Assembly (NCBI GenBank): GCA_964016885.1
Contig: OZ024742.1
Coordinates: forward strand, 215,450,001 to 215,514,000
Length of the DNA: 64,000 nucleotides
From: Eledone cirrhosa
Taxonomy: Eukaryota
Direction: 5' to 3'
The notes under the pieces were generated by a model that was not told where the DNA came from, ran no database searches, and saw nothing but the letters and a program-made list of their open reading frames with translations. The translations under genes were made by a program, and so were the position numbers. This document shows positions 39,401 to 54,400 of the stretch, one piece after another. Position 1 is the first letter of the stretch; each line of letters opens with the position of its first letter.

Positions 39401-42400
39401 TGTTTGTAGTGGTGTGTTGTTGGTGATAGTTAGATAGTTGGCGGAGTGGTGTTTGTAGTGGTGTGTTGTTGCTGATAGTTAGATAGTTGGTTGAGTGGTG
39501 TTTGTAGTGGTGTGTTGTTGGTGATAGTTACATACATGATGAAGTGGTGTTTGTAGTGGTGTGCTGTTGCTGATAGTTTGATAGTTGGTGAAGTGGTGTT
39601 TGTAGTGGTGTGTTGTTGCTGATAGTTAGATAGATGGTGGAGTGGTGTTTGTAGTGGTGTGTTGTTGGTGATAGTTAGATAGATGGTGGAGTGGTGTTTG
39701 TAGTGGTGAGCTGTTGCTGAAAGTTAGATAGTTTGTGGAGTGGTGTTAGTAGTGGTGTGTTGTTGGTGATAGTTAGATAGATGGTGGAGCGGTGTTTGTA
39801 GTGATGTGTTGTTGGTGATAGTTAGATAGATGGTGGAGTGGTGTTTCTAGTGGTGTGTTGTTGCTGATAGTTAGATAGTTGGTGGAGTGGTGTTTTTAGT
39901 GGTGTGTTGTTGGTGATATTTTGATAGTTGGTGGAGTGGTGTTTGTAGTGGTGTGTTGTTGGTGATAGTTAGATAGTTGGTGGAGTGGTGTTTGTAGTGG
40001 TGTGTTGTTGGTGATAGTTAGATAGTTGGTGGAGTGGTGTTTGTAGTGGTGTGTTGTTGCTGATAGTTAGATAGATGGTAGAGCGGTGTTTGTAGTGGTG
40101 TGTTCTTGGTGATAGTTAGATAGTTGGTGGAGTGGTGTTTATAGTGGTGTGTAGTTGGTGATAGTTAGATAGATGGTGGAGTGGTGTTTGTAGTGGTGTG
40201 TTGTTGGTGATAGTTAGATAGTTGGTGGAGTGGTGTTTGTAGTGGTGTGTTGTTGCTGATAGTTAGATAGTTGTGGAGTGGTGTTTGTAGTGGTGTGTCG
40301 TTGGTGATAGGTAGATACTTGGTGGAGTGGTGTTTGTAGCCATGTATTGTTGGTGATAGTTAGATAGATGGTGGAGTGGTGTTTGTAGTGGTGTGTTGTT
40401 GCTGATAGTTAGATAGATGGTGGAGTGGTGTTTGTAGTGGTGTGTTGTTGGGGATAGTTAGATAGATGGTGGAGTGGTGTTTATAGTGGTGTGTTGTTGG
40501 TGATAGTTACATAGTTGGTGGAGTGGTGTTTGTAGTGATGTGTTGTTGGTGATAGTTATATAGTTGGTGGGGTGGTGTTTATAGTGGTGTGTTGTTGGTA
40601 TAGTTAGATAGTTGGTGGAGTGGTGTTTGTAGTGATGTGCTGTTGCTGCTAGTTAGATAGTTAGTGGAGTGGTGTTTATAGTGTTGTGTTCTTGGTGATA
40701 GTTAGATAGTTGGTGGAGTGGTGTTTGTAGTGTTGTGTTGTTGGGGATAGTTAGATAGATGGTGGAGTGGTGTTTGTAGTGGTGTGTTATTGGTGATAGT
40801 TAGATAGTTGGTGGAGTGGTGTTTGTAGTCATGTGTTGTTGGTGATAGTTAGATAGTTGGTGGAGTGCTGTTTGTAGTGGTTTGTTGTTGGTGATAGTTA
40901 GATAGATGGTGGAGTGGTGTTTGTAGTGGTTTGTTGTTGGTGATAGTTAGATAGTTGGTGGAGTGGTGTTTGTAGTGGTGTGTTGTTGCTGATAGTGAGA
41001 TAGATGGTGGAGTGGTGTTTGTAGTGGTGTGTTGTTGGTGATAGTTAGATAGATGGTGGAGTGGTGTTTATAGTGGTGTGTTGTTGGTGATAGTTAGATA
41101 GTTGGTGCAGTGGTGTTTGTAGTGGTGTGTTGTTGGTGATAGTTAGATAGATGGTGGCGTGGTGTTTATAGTGGTGTGTTGTTGCTGATAGTTAGATAGT
41201 TGGTGGAGTGGTATTTATAGCTGTGTGCTGTTGGTGATATTTAGATAGTTAGTGGAGTGGTGTTTATAGTGGTGTGTTATTGGTGATAGTTAGAGAGTTG
41301 GTGGGGTGTTGTTTGTAGTGGTGTGTTGTTGGTGATAGTTAGATAGTTGGCGGAGTGGTGTTTGTAGTGGTGTGTTGTTGCTGATAGTTAGATAGTTGGT
41401 TGAGTGGTGTTTGTAGTGGTGTGTTGTTGGTGATAGTTACATACATGATGAAGTGGTGTTTGTAGTGGTGTGCTGTTGCTGATAGTTTGATAGTTGGTGA
41501 AGTGGTGTTTGTAGTGGTGTGTTGTTGCTGATAGTTAGATAGATGGTGGAGTGGTGTTTGTAGTGGTGTGTTGTTGGTGATAGTTAGATAGATGGTGGAG
41601 TGGTGTTTGTAGTGGTGAGCTGTTGCTGAAAGTTAGATAGTTTGTGGAGTGGTGTTAGTAGTGGTGTGTTGTTGGTGATAGTTAGATAGATGGTGGAGCG
41701 GTGTTTGTAGTGATGTGTTGTTGGTGATAGTTAGATAGATGGTGGAGTGGTGTTTCTAGTGGTGTGTTGTTGCTGATAGTTAGATAGTTGGTGGAGTGGT
41801 GTTTTTAGTGGTGTGTTGTTGGTGATATTTTGATAGTTGGTGGAGTGGTGTTTGTAGTGGTGTGTTGTTGGTGATAGTTAGATAGTTGGTGGAGTGGTGT
41901 TTGTAGTGGTGTGTTGTTGGTGATAGTTAGATAGTTGGTGGAGTGGTGTTTGTAGTGGTGTGTTGTTGGTGATAGTTAGATAGTTGATGGAGTGGTGTTT
42001 GTAGTGGTGTGTTGTTGGTGATAGTTAGATAGTTGGTGGAGTGGTGTGTTGTTGCTGATAGTTAGATAGATGGTGGAGTGGTGTTTGTAGTGGTGTGTTG
42101 TTGCTCATAGTTAGATAGATGGTGGAGTGGTGTTTGTAGTGGTGTGTTGTTGGTGATAGTTAGATAGTTGGTGGAGTGGTGTTTGTAGTTGTGAGCTGTT
42201 GCTGAAAGTTAGGTAGTTTGTGGAGTGGTGTTTGTAGTGGTGTGTTGTTGGTGATAGTTAGATAGATGGTGGAGCGGTGTTTGTAGTGATGTGTTGTTGG
42301 TGATAGTTAGATAGATCGTGCAGTGGTGTTTCTAGTGGTGTGTTGTTGGTAATAGTTCGATAGTTGGTGGAGTGGTGTTTTTAGTGGTGTGTTGTTAGTG

Positions 42401-45400
42401 ATATTTAGATAGTTGGTGGAGTGGTGTTTGTAGTGGTGTGTTGTTGGTGATAGTTAGATAGTTGGTGGAGTGGTGTTTGTAGTGGTGTGTTGTTGGTGAT
42501 AGTTAGATAGATGGTGGAGTGGTGTTTGTAGTAGTGCTTTTGTTGCTGATAGTTAGATAGATGGTGGAGTGGTGTTTGTAGTGGAGTGTTGTTGCTCATA
42601 GTTAGATAGTTGGTGGAGTGTTGTTTGTAATGGTGTGTTGTTGGTGATAGTTAGATAGCTCGTGGAGTGCTGTTTGTAGTGGTGTGTTGTTTGTGACAGT
42701 TAGATAGTTGGTGGAGTGGTGTTTGTAGTGGTGTGTTGTTGTTTATAGTTAGATAGATGGTGGAGTGGTGTTTGTAGTGGTGTGTTGTTGGTGATAGTTA
42801 GATAGTTGGTGAAGTGGTGTTTGTAGTGGAGTGTTGTTGGTGATAGTTAGATAGTTGATGGAGTGGTGTTTGTAGTGGTGTGTTGTTGGTGATAGTTAGA
42901 TAGTTGGTGGAGTGGTGTTTGTAGTGGTGTGTTGTTGGTGATAGTTAGATAGTTGATGGAGTGGTGTTTGTAGTGGTGTGTTGTTGGTGATAGTTAGATA
43001 GTTGGTGGAGTGGTGTGTTGTTGCTGATAGTTAGATAGATGGTGGAGTGGTGTTTGTAGTGGTGTGTTGTTGCTGATAGTTAGATAGATGGTGGAGTGGT
43101 GTTTATAGTTGTGTGTTGTTGATGATAGTGAGATAGTTGGTGGAGTGGTGTGTTGTTGCTGATAGTTAGATAGATGGTGGAGTGGTGTTTGTAGTGGTGT
43201 GTTGTTGCTGATAGTTAGATAGATGGTGGAGTGGTGTTTGTAGTGGTGTGTTGTTGGTGATAGTTAGATAGTTGGTGAAGTGGTGTTTGTAGTGGAGTGT
43301 TGTTGGCATAGTTAGATAGATGGTGGAGTGGTGTTTGTAGTTGTGAGCTGTTGCTGAAAGTTAGGTAGTTTGTGGAGTGGTGTTTGTAGTGGTGTGTTGT
43401 TGGTGATAGTTAGATAGATGGTGGAGCGGTGTTTGTAGTGATGTGTTGTTGGTGATAGTTAGATAGATGGTGGAGTGGTGTTTCTAGTGGTGTGTTGTTG
43501 GTAATAGTTAGTTAGTTGGTGGAGTGGTGTTTTTAGTGGTGTGTTGTTGGTGATATTTAGATAGTTGGTGGAGTGGTGTTTGTAGTGGTGTGTTGTTGGT
43601 GATAGTTAGATAGTTGGTGGAGTGGTGTTTGTAGTGGTGTGTTGTTGGTAATACTTAGATAGTTGATGGAGTGGTGTTTGTAGTGGTGTGTTGTTGGTGA
43701 TAGTTAGATAGTTGGTGGAGTGGTGTCTTGTTGCTGATAGTTAGATAGTTGGTGGAGTGGTGTTTGTAGTGGTGTGTTGTTTGTGATAGTTAGGATAGAT
43801 GGTGGAGTGGTGTTTGTAGTGGTGTGTTGTTGGTGATAGTTAGATAGTTGGTGGAGTGGTGTTTGTAGTGGTGTGTTGTTGGTGATAGTGAGATAGATGG
43901 TGGAGTGGTGTTTGTAGTGGTGTGTTGTTCGTGATAGTTAGATAGTTGGTTGAGTGGTGTTTATAGTGGTGTGTTGTTGCTGATAGTTAGACAGTTGGTG
44001 GAGTGGTGTTTGGAGTGGAGTTTGTAGTGGTGTGTTGTTGGTGATAGTTAGATAGTTGGTAAAGTGGTGTTTGTAGTGGTGTGTTGTTGCTGATAGTTAG
44101 ATAGTTGGTGGAGTGGTTTTGTAGTGGTGTGTTGTTGGTCATAGGTAGATAGTTGGTGGAGTGGTGTTTATAGTGGTGTGTTGTTGGTGATAGTTAGATA
44201 GTTGGTGAAGTGGTGTTTGTAGTGGTGTGTTGTTGCTGATAGTTAGAGAGATGGTGGAGTGGTGTTTGTAGTGGTGTGTTGTTGGTGATATTTAGATAGT
44301 TGGTGGAGTGGTGTTTGTAGTGATGCGTTGTTGGTGAGAGTTAGATAGCTGGTGGAGTGGTGTTTGTAGCGGTGTTTTGTTGGTGATAGTTAGATAGTTG
44401 GTGGAGTGGTGTTTGTAGTGGTGTCATGTTGTTGATAGTTAGATAGTTGGTGAAGTGATGTTTGTAGTGGTGTGTTGTTGGTGATAGTTAGATAGTTGGT
44501 GGAGTGGTGTTTGTAGTGGTGTGTTGTTGGTGATAGTTAGATAGATGGTGGAGTGGTGTTTGTAGTGGTGTGTTGTTGGTGATAGTGAGATAGATGGTGG
44601 GGTGGTGTTTGTAGTGGTGTGTTGTTGGTGATAGTTAGATAGTTGGTTGAGTGGTGTTTATAGTGGTGTGTTGTTGCTGATAGTTAGATAGTTGGTGGAG
44701 TGGTGTTTGTAGTGGTGTGTTGTTGCTGATAGTTAGATAGTTGGTGGAGTGGTGTTTGTACTGGTTTGTTGTTGGTGATAGTTAGATAGTTGTTGGAATG
44801 GTGTTTGTAGTTGTGTGTTGTTGGTGACAGATAGTTGGTGGAGTGGTGTTTTTAGTGGTGTGTTGTTGGTGATAGTTAGATAGTTGGTGAAGTGGTGTTT
44901 GTAGTGGTGTGTTGTTGCTGATAGTTAGATAGATGGTGGAGTGGTGTTTGTAGTGGTGTGTTGTTGGTGATATTTAGATAGTTGGTGGAGTGGTGTTTGT
45001 AGTGATGCGTTGTTGGTGACAGTTAGATAGTTGGTGGAGTGGTGTTTGTAGCGGTGTGTTGTTGGTGGAGTGGTGTTTGTAGTGGTTTGTTGTTGGTGAT
45101 AGTTAGATAGTTGTTGGAATGGTGTTTGTAGTTGTGTGTTGTTGGTGACAGATAGTTGGTGGAGTGGTGTTTTTAGTGGTGTGTTGTTGGTGATAGTTAG
45201 ATAGTTGGTGCAGTGGTGTTTGTAGTGGTGTGTTGTTGGTGATAGTTAGATAGTTGGTGCAGTGGTGTTTGTATTGGTGTGTTGTTGGTGATAGGTAGAT
45301 AGTTGGTGGAGTCGTGTTTGTAGTGGTGTGTTGTTGCTGATAGTGAGATAGATGGTGGAGTGGTGTTTGTAGTGGTGTGTTGTTACTGATAGTGAGATAG

Positions 45401-48400
45401 ATGCTGGAGTAGGTGTTTCTAGTGGTGTGTTGTTGGTGATAGTTAGATAGTTGGTGGAGTGGTGTTTGTAGTGGTGTGTTGTTGCTGATAGTGAGATAGA
45501 TGGTGGAGTGGTGTTTATAGTGGTGTGTTGTTGCTGATAGTGAGATAGATGGTGGAGTGGTGTTTGTAGTGGTGTGTTGTTGGTGATAGTAGATAGATGG
45601 TGGAGTAGTGTTTGTAGTGATGTGTTGTTGGTGATAGTTAGATAGTTGGTGGAGTGGTGTTTGTAGTGGTGTGCTGTTGCCGATAGTCAGATAGATGTTG
45701 GAGTGGTGTTTGTAGTGGTGTGTTGTTGGTGATAGATAGATAGTTGGTCATGTTGTGTTTGTAGTATTGTGTTGTTGCTGATAGTTAGATAGTTGGTGGA
45801 GTGGTGTTTGTAGTCGTGTGTTGTTGGTAATAGTTAGATAGTTGGTGGAGTGGTGTTTGTAGTGGTGTGTTGTTGCTGATAGTTAGATAGATGGTGGATT
45901 GGTGTTTGTAGTGGTGTGTTGTTGGTGATAGTTAGATAGTTGCTGGAGTGGTGTTTGTAGTGGTGTGTTGTTGCTGATAGTTAGATAGATGGTGGAGTGG
46001 TGTTTGTAGTGGTGTGTTGTTGCTGATAGTTATATAGTTGGTGGAGTGGTGTTTGTAGTGGTGTGGTGTTGGTGATAGTTAGATAGTTGGTGGAGTGGTG
46101 TTTGTAGTGGTGTGTTGTTGCTGATAGTTAGATAGTTGGTGGAGTGGTGTTTGTAGTGGTGTGGTGAAGGTGATAGTTAGATAGATGGTGGAGTGTTGTT
46201 TATAGTGGTGTGTTGTTGGTATAGTTAGATAGTTGGTGGAGTAGTGTTTGTAGTGATGTGTTGTTTCTGATAGTTAGATAGTTGGTGGAGTGGTGTTTGT
46301 AGTGGTGTCATGTTGCTGATAGTTAGATAGTTGGTGGAGTGGTGTTTGTAGTGGTGTGTTGTTGGTGATAGTTAGATAGTTGGTGGAGTGGTGTTTGTAG
46401 TGGTGTGTTGTTGGTGATAGTGAGATAGATGGTGGAGTGGTGTTTGTAGTGGTGTGTTGTTCGTGATAGTTAGATAGTTGGTTGAGTGGTGTTTATAGTG
46501 GTGTGTTGTTGCTGATAGTTAGACAGTTGGTGGAGTGGTGTTTGGAGTGGAGTTTGTAGTGGTGTGTTGTTGGTGATAGTTAGATAGTTGGTAAAGTGGT
46601 GTTTGTAGTGGTGTGTTGTTGCTGATAGTTAGATAGTTGGTGGAGTGGTTTTGTAGTGGTGTGTTGTTGGTCATAGGTAGATAGTTGGTGGAGTGGTGTT
46701 TATAGTGGTGTGTTGTTGGTGATAGTTAGATAGTTGGTGAAGTGGTGTTTGTAGTGGTGTGTTGTTGCTGATAGTTAGAGAGATGGTGGAGTGGTGTTTG
46801 TAGTGGTGTGTTGTTGGTGATATTTAGATAGTTGGTGGAGTGGTGTTTGTAGTGATGCGTTGTTGGTGAGAGTTAGATAGCTGGTGGAGTGGTGTTTGTA
46901 GCGGTGTTTTGTTGGTGATAGTTAGATAGTTGGTGGAGTGGTGTTTGTAGTGGTGTCATGTTGTTGATAGTTAGATAGTTGGTGAAGTGATGTTTGTAGT
47001 GGTGTGTTGTTGGTGATAGTTAGATAGTTGGTGGAGTGGTGTTTGTAGTCATGTGTTGTTGGTGATAGTTAGATAGTTGGTGGAGTGCTGTTTGTAGTGG
47101 TTTGTTGTTGGTGATAGTTAGATAGATGGTGGAGTGGTGTTTGTAGTGGTTTGTTGTTGGTGATAGTTAGATAGTTGGTGGAGTGGTGTTTGTAGTGGTG
47201 TGTTGTTGCTGATAGTGAGATAGATGGTGGAGTGGTGTTTGTAGTGGTGTGTTGTTGGTGATAGTTAGATAGATGGTGGAGTGGTGTTTATAGTGGTGTG
47301 TTGTTGGTGATAGTTAGATAGTTGGTGCAGTGGTGTTTGTAGTGGTGTGTTGTTGGTGATAGTTAGATAGATGGTGGCGTGGTGTTTATAGTGGTGTGTT
47401 GTTGCTGATAGTTAGATAGTTGGTGGAGTGGTATTTATAGCTGTGTGCTGTTGGTGATATTTAGATAGTTAGTGGAGTGGTGTTTATAGTGGTGTGTTAT
47501 TGGTGATAGTTAGAGAGTTGGTGGGGTGTTGTTTGTAGTGGTGTGTTGTTGGTGATAGTTAGATAGTTGGCGGAGTGGTGTTTGTAGTGGTGTGTTGTTG
47601 CTGATAGTTAGATAGTTGGTTGAGTGGTGTTTGTAGTGGTGTGTTGTTGGTGATAGTTACATACATGATGAAGTGGTGTTTGTAGTGGTGTGCTGTTGCT
47701 GATAGTTTGATAGTTGGTGAAGTGGTGTTTGTAGTGGTGTGTTGTTGCTGATAGTTAGATAGATGGTGGAGTGGTGTTTGTAGTGGTGTGTTGTTGGTGA
47801 TAGTTAGATAGATGGTGGAGTGGTGTTTGTAGTGGTGAGCTGTTGCTGAAAGTTAGATAGTTTGTGGAGTGGTGTTAGTAGTGGTGTGTTGTTGGTGATA
47901 GTTAGATAGATGGTGGAGCGGTGTTTGTAGTGATGTGTTGTTGGTGATAGTTAGATAGATGGTGGAGTGGTGTTTCTAGTGGTGTGTTGTTGCTGATAGT
48001 TAGATAGTTGGTGGAGTGGTGTTTTTAGTGGTGTGTTGTTGGTGATATTTTGATAGTTGGTGGAGTGGTGTTTGTAGTGGTGTGTTGTTGGTGATAGTTA
48101 GATAGTTGGTGGAGTGGTGTTTGTAGTGGTGTGTTGTTGGTGATAGTTAGATAGTTGGTGGAGTGGTGTTTGTAGTGGTGTGTTGTTGGTGATAGTTAGA
48201 TAGTTGATGGAGTGGTGTTTGTAGTGGTGTGTTGTTGGTGATAGTTAGATAGTTGGTGGAGTGGTGTGTTGTTGCTGATAGTTAGATAGATGGTGGAGTG
48301 GTGTTTGTAGTGGTGTGTTGTTGCTCATAGTTAGATAGATGGTGGAGTGGTGTTTGTAGTGGTGTGTTGTTGGTGATAGTTAGATAGTTGGTGGAGTGGT

Positions 48401-51400
48401 GTTTGTAGTTGTGAGCTGTTGCTGAAAGTTAGGTAGTTTGTGGAGTGGTGTTTGTAGTGGTGTGTTGTTGGTGATAGTTAGATAGATGGTGGAGCGGTGT
48501 TTGTAGTGATGTGTTGTTGGTGATAGTTAGATAGATCGTGCAGTGGTGTTTCTAGTGGTGTGTTGTTGGTAATAGTTCGATAGTTGGTGGAGTGGTGTTT
48601 TTAGTGGTGTGTTGTTAGTGATATTTAGATAGTTGGTGGAGTGGTGTTTGTAGTGGTGTGTTGTTGGTGATAGTTAGATAGTTGGTGGAGTGGTGTTTGT
48701 AGTGGTGTGTTGTTGGTGATAGTTAGATAGATGGTGGAGTGGTGTTTGTAGTAGTGCTTTTGTTGCTGATAGTTAGATAGATGGTGGAGTGGTGTTTGTA
48801 GTGGAGTGTTGTTGCTCATAGTTAGATAGTTGGTGGAGTGTTGTTTGTAATGGTGTGTTGTTGGTGATAGTTAGATAGCTCGTGGAGTGCTGTTTGTAGT
48901 GGTGTGTTGTTTGTGACAGTTAGATAGTTGGTGGAGTGGTGTTTGTAGTGGTGTGTTGTTGTTTATAGTTAGATAGATGGTGGAGTGGTGTTTGTAGTGG
49001 TGTGTTGTTGGTGATAGTTAGATAGTTGGTGAAGTGGTGTTTGTAGTGGAGTGTTGTTGGTGATAGTTAGATAGTTGATGGAGTGGTGTTTGTAGTGGTG
49101 TGTTGTTGGTGATAGTTAGATAGTTGGTGGAGTGGTGTTTGTAGTGGTGTGTTGTTGGTGATAGTTAGATAGTTGATGGAGTGGTGTTTGTAGTGGTGTG
49201 TTGTTGGTGATAGTTAGATAGTTGGTGGAGTGGTGTTTGTAGTGGTGTGTTGTTGCTGATAGTTAGAGAGATGGTGGAGTGGTGTTTGTAGTGGTGTGTT
49301 GTTGGTGATAGTTAGATAGTTGGTGGAGTGGTGTTTGTAGTGGTGTGTTGTTGGTGATAGTTAGATAGTTGGTGGAGTGGTGTTTGTAGTGGTGTGTTGT
49401 TGGTGATAGTTAGATAGTTGATGGAGTGGTGTTTGTAGTGGTGTGTTGTTGGTGATAGTTAGATAGTTGGTGGAGTGGTGTGTTGTTGCTGATAGTTAGA
49501 TAGATGGTGGAGTGGTGTTTGTAGTGGTGTGCTGTTGCTCATAGTTAGATAGATGGTGGAGTGGTGTTTGTAGTGGTGTGTTGTTGGTGATAGTTAGATA
49601 GTTGGTGGAGTGGTGTTTGTAGTTGTGAGCTGTTGCTGAAAGTTAGGTAGTTTGTGGAGTGGTGTTTGTAGTGGTGTGTTGTTGGTGATAGTTAGATAGA
49701 TGGTGGAGCGGTGTTTGTAGTGATGTGTTGTTGGTGATAGTTAGATAGATCGTGCAGTGGTGTTTCTAGTGGTGTGTTGTTGGTAATAGTTCGATAGTTG
49801 GTGGAGTGGTGTTTTTAGTGGTGTGTTGTTAGTGATATTTAGATAGTTGGTGGAGTGGTGTTTGTAGTGGTGTGTTGTTGGTGATAGTTAGATAGTTGGT
49901 GGAGTGGTGTTTGTAGTGGTGTGTTGTTGGTGATAGTTAGATAGATGGTGGAGTGGTGTTTGTAGTAGTGCTTTTGTTGCTGATAGTTAGATAGATGGTG
50001 GAGTGGTGTTTGTAGTGGAGTGTTGTTGCTCATAGTTAGATAGTTGGTGGAGTGTTGTTTGTAATGGTGTGTTGTTGGTGATAGTTAGATAGCTCGTGGA
50101 GTGCTGTTTGTAGTGGTGTGTTGTTTGTGACAGTTAGATAGTTGGTGGAGTGGTGTTTGTAGTGGTGTGTTGTTGTTTATAGTTAGATAGATGGTGGAGT
50201 GGTGTTTGTAGTGGTGTGTTGTTGGTGATAGTTAGATAGTTGGTGAAGTGGTGTTTGTAGTGGAGTGTTGTTGGTGATAGTTAGATAGTTGATGGAGTGG
50301 TGTTTGTAGTGGTGTGTTGTTGGTGATAGTTAGATAGTTGGTGGAGTGGTGTTTGTAGTGGTGTGTTGTTGGTGATAGTTAGATAGTTGATGGAGTGGTG
50401 TTTGTAGTGGTGTGTTGTTGGTGATAGTTAGATAGTTGGTGGAGTGGTGTGTTGTTGCTGATAGTTAGATAGATGGTGGAGTGGTGTTTGTAGTGGTGTG
50501 TTGTTGCTGATAGTTAGATAGATGGTGGAGTGGTGTTTATAGTTGTGTGTTGTTGATGATAGTGAGATAGTTGGTGGAGTGGTGTGTTGTTGCTGATAGT
50601 TAGATAGATGGTGGAGTGGTGTTTGTAGTGGTGTGTTGTTGCTGATAGTTAGATAGATGGTGGAGTGGTGTTTGTAGTGGTGTGTTGTTGGTGATAGTTA
50701 GATAGTTGGTGAAGTGGTGTTTGTAGTGGAGTGTTGTTGGCATAGTTAGATAGATGGTGGAGTGGTGTTTGTAGTTGTGAGCTGTTGCTGAAAGTTAGGT
50801 AGTTTGTGGAGTGGTGTTTGTAGTGGTGTGTTGTTGGTGATAGTTAGATAGATGGTGGAGCGGTGTTTGTAGTGATGTGTTGTTGGTGATAGTTAGATAG
50901 ATGGTGGAGTGGTGTTTCTAGTGGTGTGTTGTTGGTAATAGTTAGTTAGTTGGTGGAGTGGTGTTTTTAGTGGTGTGTTGTTGGTGATATTTAGATAGTT
51001 GGTGGAGTGGTGTTTGTAGTGGTGTGTTGTTGGTGATAGTTAGATAGTTGGTGGAGTGGTGTTTGTAGTGGTGTGTTGTTGGTAATACTTAGATAGTTGA
51101 TGGAGTGGTGTTTGTAGTGGTGTGTTGTTGGTGATAGTTAGATAGTTGGTGGAGTGGTGTCTTGTTGCTGATAGTTAGATAGTTGGTGGAGTGGTGTTTG
51201 TAGTGGTGTGTTGTTTGTGATAGTTAGGATAGATGGTGGAGTGGTGTTTGTAGTGGTGTGTTGTTGGTGATAGTTAGATAGTTGGTGGAGTGGTGTTTGT
51301 AGTGGTGTGTTGTTGGTGATAGTGAGATAGATGGTGGAGTGGTGTTTGTAGTGGTGTGTTGTTCGTGATAGTTAGATAGTTGGTTGAGTGGTGTTTATAG

Positions 51401-54400
51401 TGGTGTGTTGTTGCTGATAGTTAGACAGTTGGTGGAGTGGTGTTTGGAGTGGAGTTTGTAGTGGTGTGTTGTTGGTGATAGTTAGATAGTTGGTAAAGTG
51501 GTGTTTGTAGTGGTGTGTTGTTGCTGATAGTTAGATAGTTGGTGGAGTGGTTTTGTAGTGGTGTGTTGTTGGTCATAGGTAGATAGTTGGTGGAGTGGTG
51601 TTTATAGTGGTGTGTTGTTGGTGATAGTTAGATAGTTGGTGAAGTGGTGTTTGTAGTGGTGTGTTGTTGCTGATAGTTAGAGAGATGGTGGAGTGGTGTT
51701 TGTAGTGGTGTGTTGTTGGTGATATTTAGATAGTTGGTGGAGTGGTGTTTGTAGTGATGCGTTGTTGGTGAGAGTTAGATAGCTGGTGGAGTGGTGTTTG
51801 TAGCGGTGTTTTGTTGGTGATAGTTAGATAGTTGGTGGAGTGGTGTTTGTAGTGGTGTCATGTTGTTGATAGTTAGATAGTTGGTGAAGTGATGTTTGTA
51901 GTGGTGTGTTGTTGGTGATAGTTAGATAGTTGGTGGAGTGGTGTTTGTAGTGGTGTGTTGTTGGTGATAGTTAGATAGATGGTGGAGTGGTGTTTGTAGT
52001 GGTGTGTTGTTGGTGATAGTGAGATAGATGGTGGGGTGGTGTTTGTAGTGGTGTGTTGTTGGTGATAGTTAGATAGTTGGTTGAGTGGTGTTTATAGTGG
52101 TGTGTTGTTGCTGATAGTTAGATAGTTGGTGGAGTGGTGTTTGTAGTGGTGTGTTGTTGCTGATAGTTAGATAGTTGGTGGAGTGGTGTTTGTAGTGGTT
52201 TGTTGTTGGTGATAGTTAGATAGTTGTTGGAATGGTGTTTGTAGTTGTGTGTTGTTGGTGACAGATAGTTGGTGGAGTGGTGTTTTTAGTGGTGTGTTGT
52301 TGGTGATAGTTAGATAGTTGGTGAAGTGGTGTTTGTAGTGGTGTGTTGTTGCTGATAGTTAGATAGATGGTGGAGTGGTGTTTGTAGTGGTGTGTTGTTG
52401 GTGATATTTAGATAGTTGGTGGAGTGGTGTTTGTAGTGGTGTGTTGTTGCTGATAGTGAGATAGATGGTGGAGTGGTGTTTGTAGTGGTGTGTTGTTACT
52501 GATAGTGAGATAGATGCTGGAGTAGGTGTTTCTAGTGGTGTGTTGTTGGTGATAGTTAGATAGTTGGTGGAGTGGTGTTTGTAGTGGTGTGTTGTTGGTG
52601 GAGTGGTGTTTGTAGTGGTTTGTTGTTGGTGATAGTTAGATAGTTGTTGGAATGGTGTTTGTAGTTGTGTGTTGTTGGTGACAGATAGTTGGTGGAGTGG
52701 TGTTTTTAGTGGTGTGTTGTTGGTGATAGTTAGATAGTTGGTGCAGTGGTGTTTGTAGTGGTGTGTTGTTGGTGATAGTTAGATAGTTGGTGCAGTGGTG
52801 TTTGTATTGGTGTGTTGTTGGTGATAGGTAGATAGTTGGTGGAGTCGTGTTTGTAGTGGTGTGTTGTTGCTGATAGTGAGATAGATGGTGGAGTGGTGTT
52901 TGTAGTGGTGTGTTGTTACTGATAGTGAGATAGATGCTGGAGTAGGTGTTTCTAGTGGTGTGTTGTTGGTGATAGTTAGATAGTTGGTGGAGTGGTGTTT
53001 GTAGTGGTGTGTTGTTGCTGATAGTGAGATAGATGGTGGAGTGGTGTTTATAGTGGTGTGTTGTTGCTGATAGTGAGATAGATGGTGGAGTGGTGTTTGT
53101 AGTGGTGTGTTGTTGGTGATAGTAGATAGATGGTGGAGTAGTGTTTGTAGTGATGTGTTGTTGGTGATAGTTAGATAGTTGGTGGAGTGGTGTTTGTAGT
53201 GGTGTGCTGTTGCCGATAGTCAGATAGATGTTGGAGTGGTGTTTGTAGTGGTGTGTTGTTGGTGATAGATAGATAGTTGGTCATGTTGTGTTTGTAGTAT
53301 TGTGTTGTTGCTGATAGTTAGATAGTTGGTGGAGTGGTGTTTGTAGTCGTGTGTTGTTGGTAATAGTTAGATAGTTGGTGGAGTGGTGTTTGTAGTGGTG
53401 TGTTGTTGCTGATAGTTAGATAGATGGTGGATTGGTGTTTGTAGTGGTGTGTTGTTGGTGATAGTTAGATAGTTGCTGGAGTGGTGTTTGTAGTGGTGTG
53501 TTGTTGCTGATAGTTAGATAGATGGTGGAGTGGTGTTTGTAGTGGTGTGTTGTTGCTGATAGTTATATAGTTGGTGGAGTGGTGTTTGTAGTGGTGTGGT
53601 GTTGGTGATAGTTAGATAGTTGGTGGAGTGGTGTTTGTAGTGGTGTGTTGTTGCTGATAGTTAGATAGTTGGTGGAGTGGTGTTTGTAGTGGTGTGGTGA
53701 AGGTGATAGTTAGATAGATGGTGGAGTGTTGTTTATAGTGGTGTGTTGTTGGTATAGTTAGATAGTTGGTGGAGTAGTGTTTGTAGTGATGTGTTGTTTC
53801 TGATAGTTAGATAGTTGGTGGAGTGGTGTTTGTAGTGGTGTCATGTTGCTGATAGTTAGATAGTTGGTGGAGTGGTGTTTGTAGTGGTGTGTTGTTGGTG
53901 ATAGTTAGATAGTTGGTGGAGTGGTGTTTGTAGTGGTGTGTTGTTGGTGATAGTGAGATAGATGGTGGAGTGGTGTTTGTAGTGGTGTGTTGTTCGTGAT
54001 AGTTAGATAGTTGGTTGAGTGGTGTTTATAGTGGTGTGTTGTTGCTGATAGTTAGACAGTTGGTGGAGTGGTGTTTGGAGTGGAGTTTGTAGTGGTGTGT
54101 TGTTGGTGATAGTTAGATAGTTGGTAAAGTGGTGTTTGTAGTGGTGTGTTGTTGCTGATAGTTAGATAGTTGGTGGAGTGGTTTTGTAGTGGTGTGTTGT
54201 TGGTCATAGGTAGATAGTTGGTGGAGTGGTGTTTATAGTGGTGTGTTGTTGGTGATAGTTAGATAGTTGGTGAAGTGGTGTTTGTAGTGGTGTGTTGTTG
54301 CTGATAGTTAGAGAGATGGTGGAGTGGTGTTTGTAGTGGTGTGTTGTTGGTGATATTTAGATAGTTGGTGGAGTGGTGTTTGTAGTGATGCGTTGTTGGT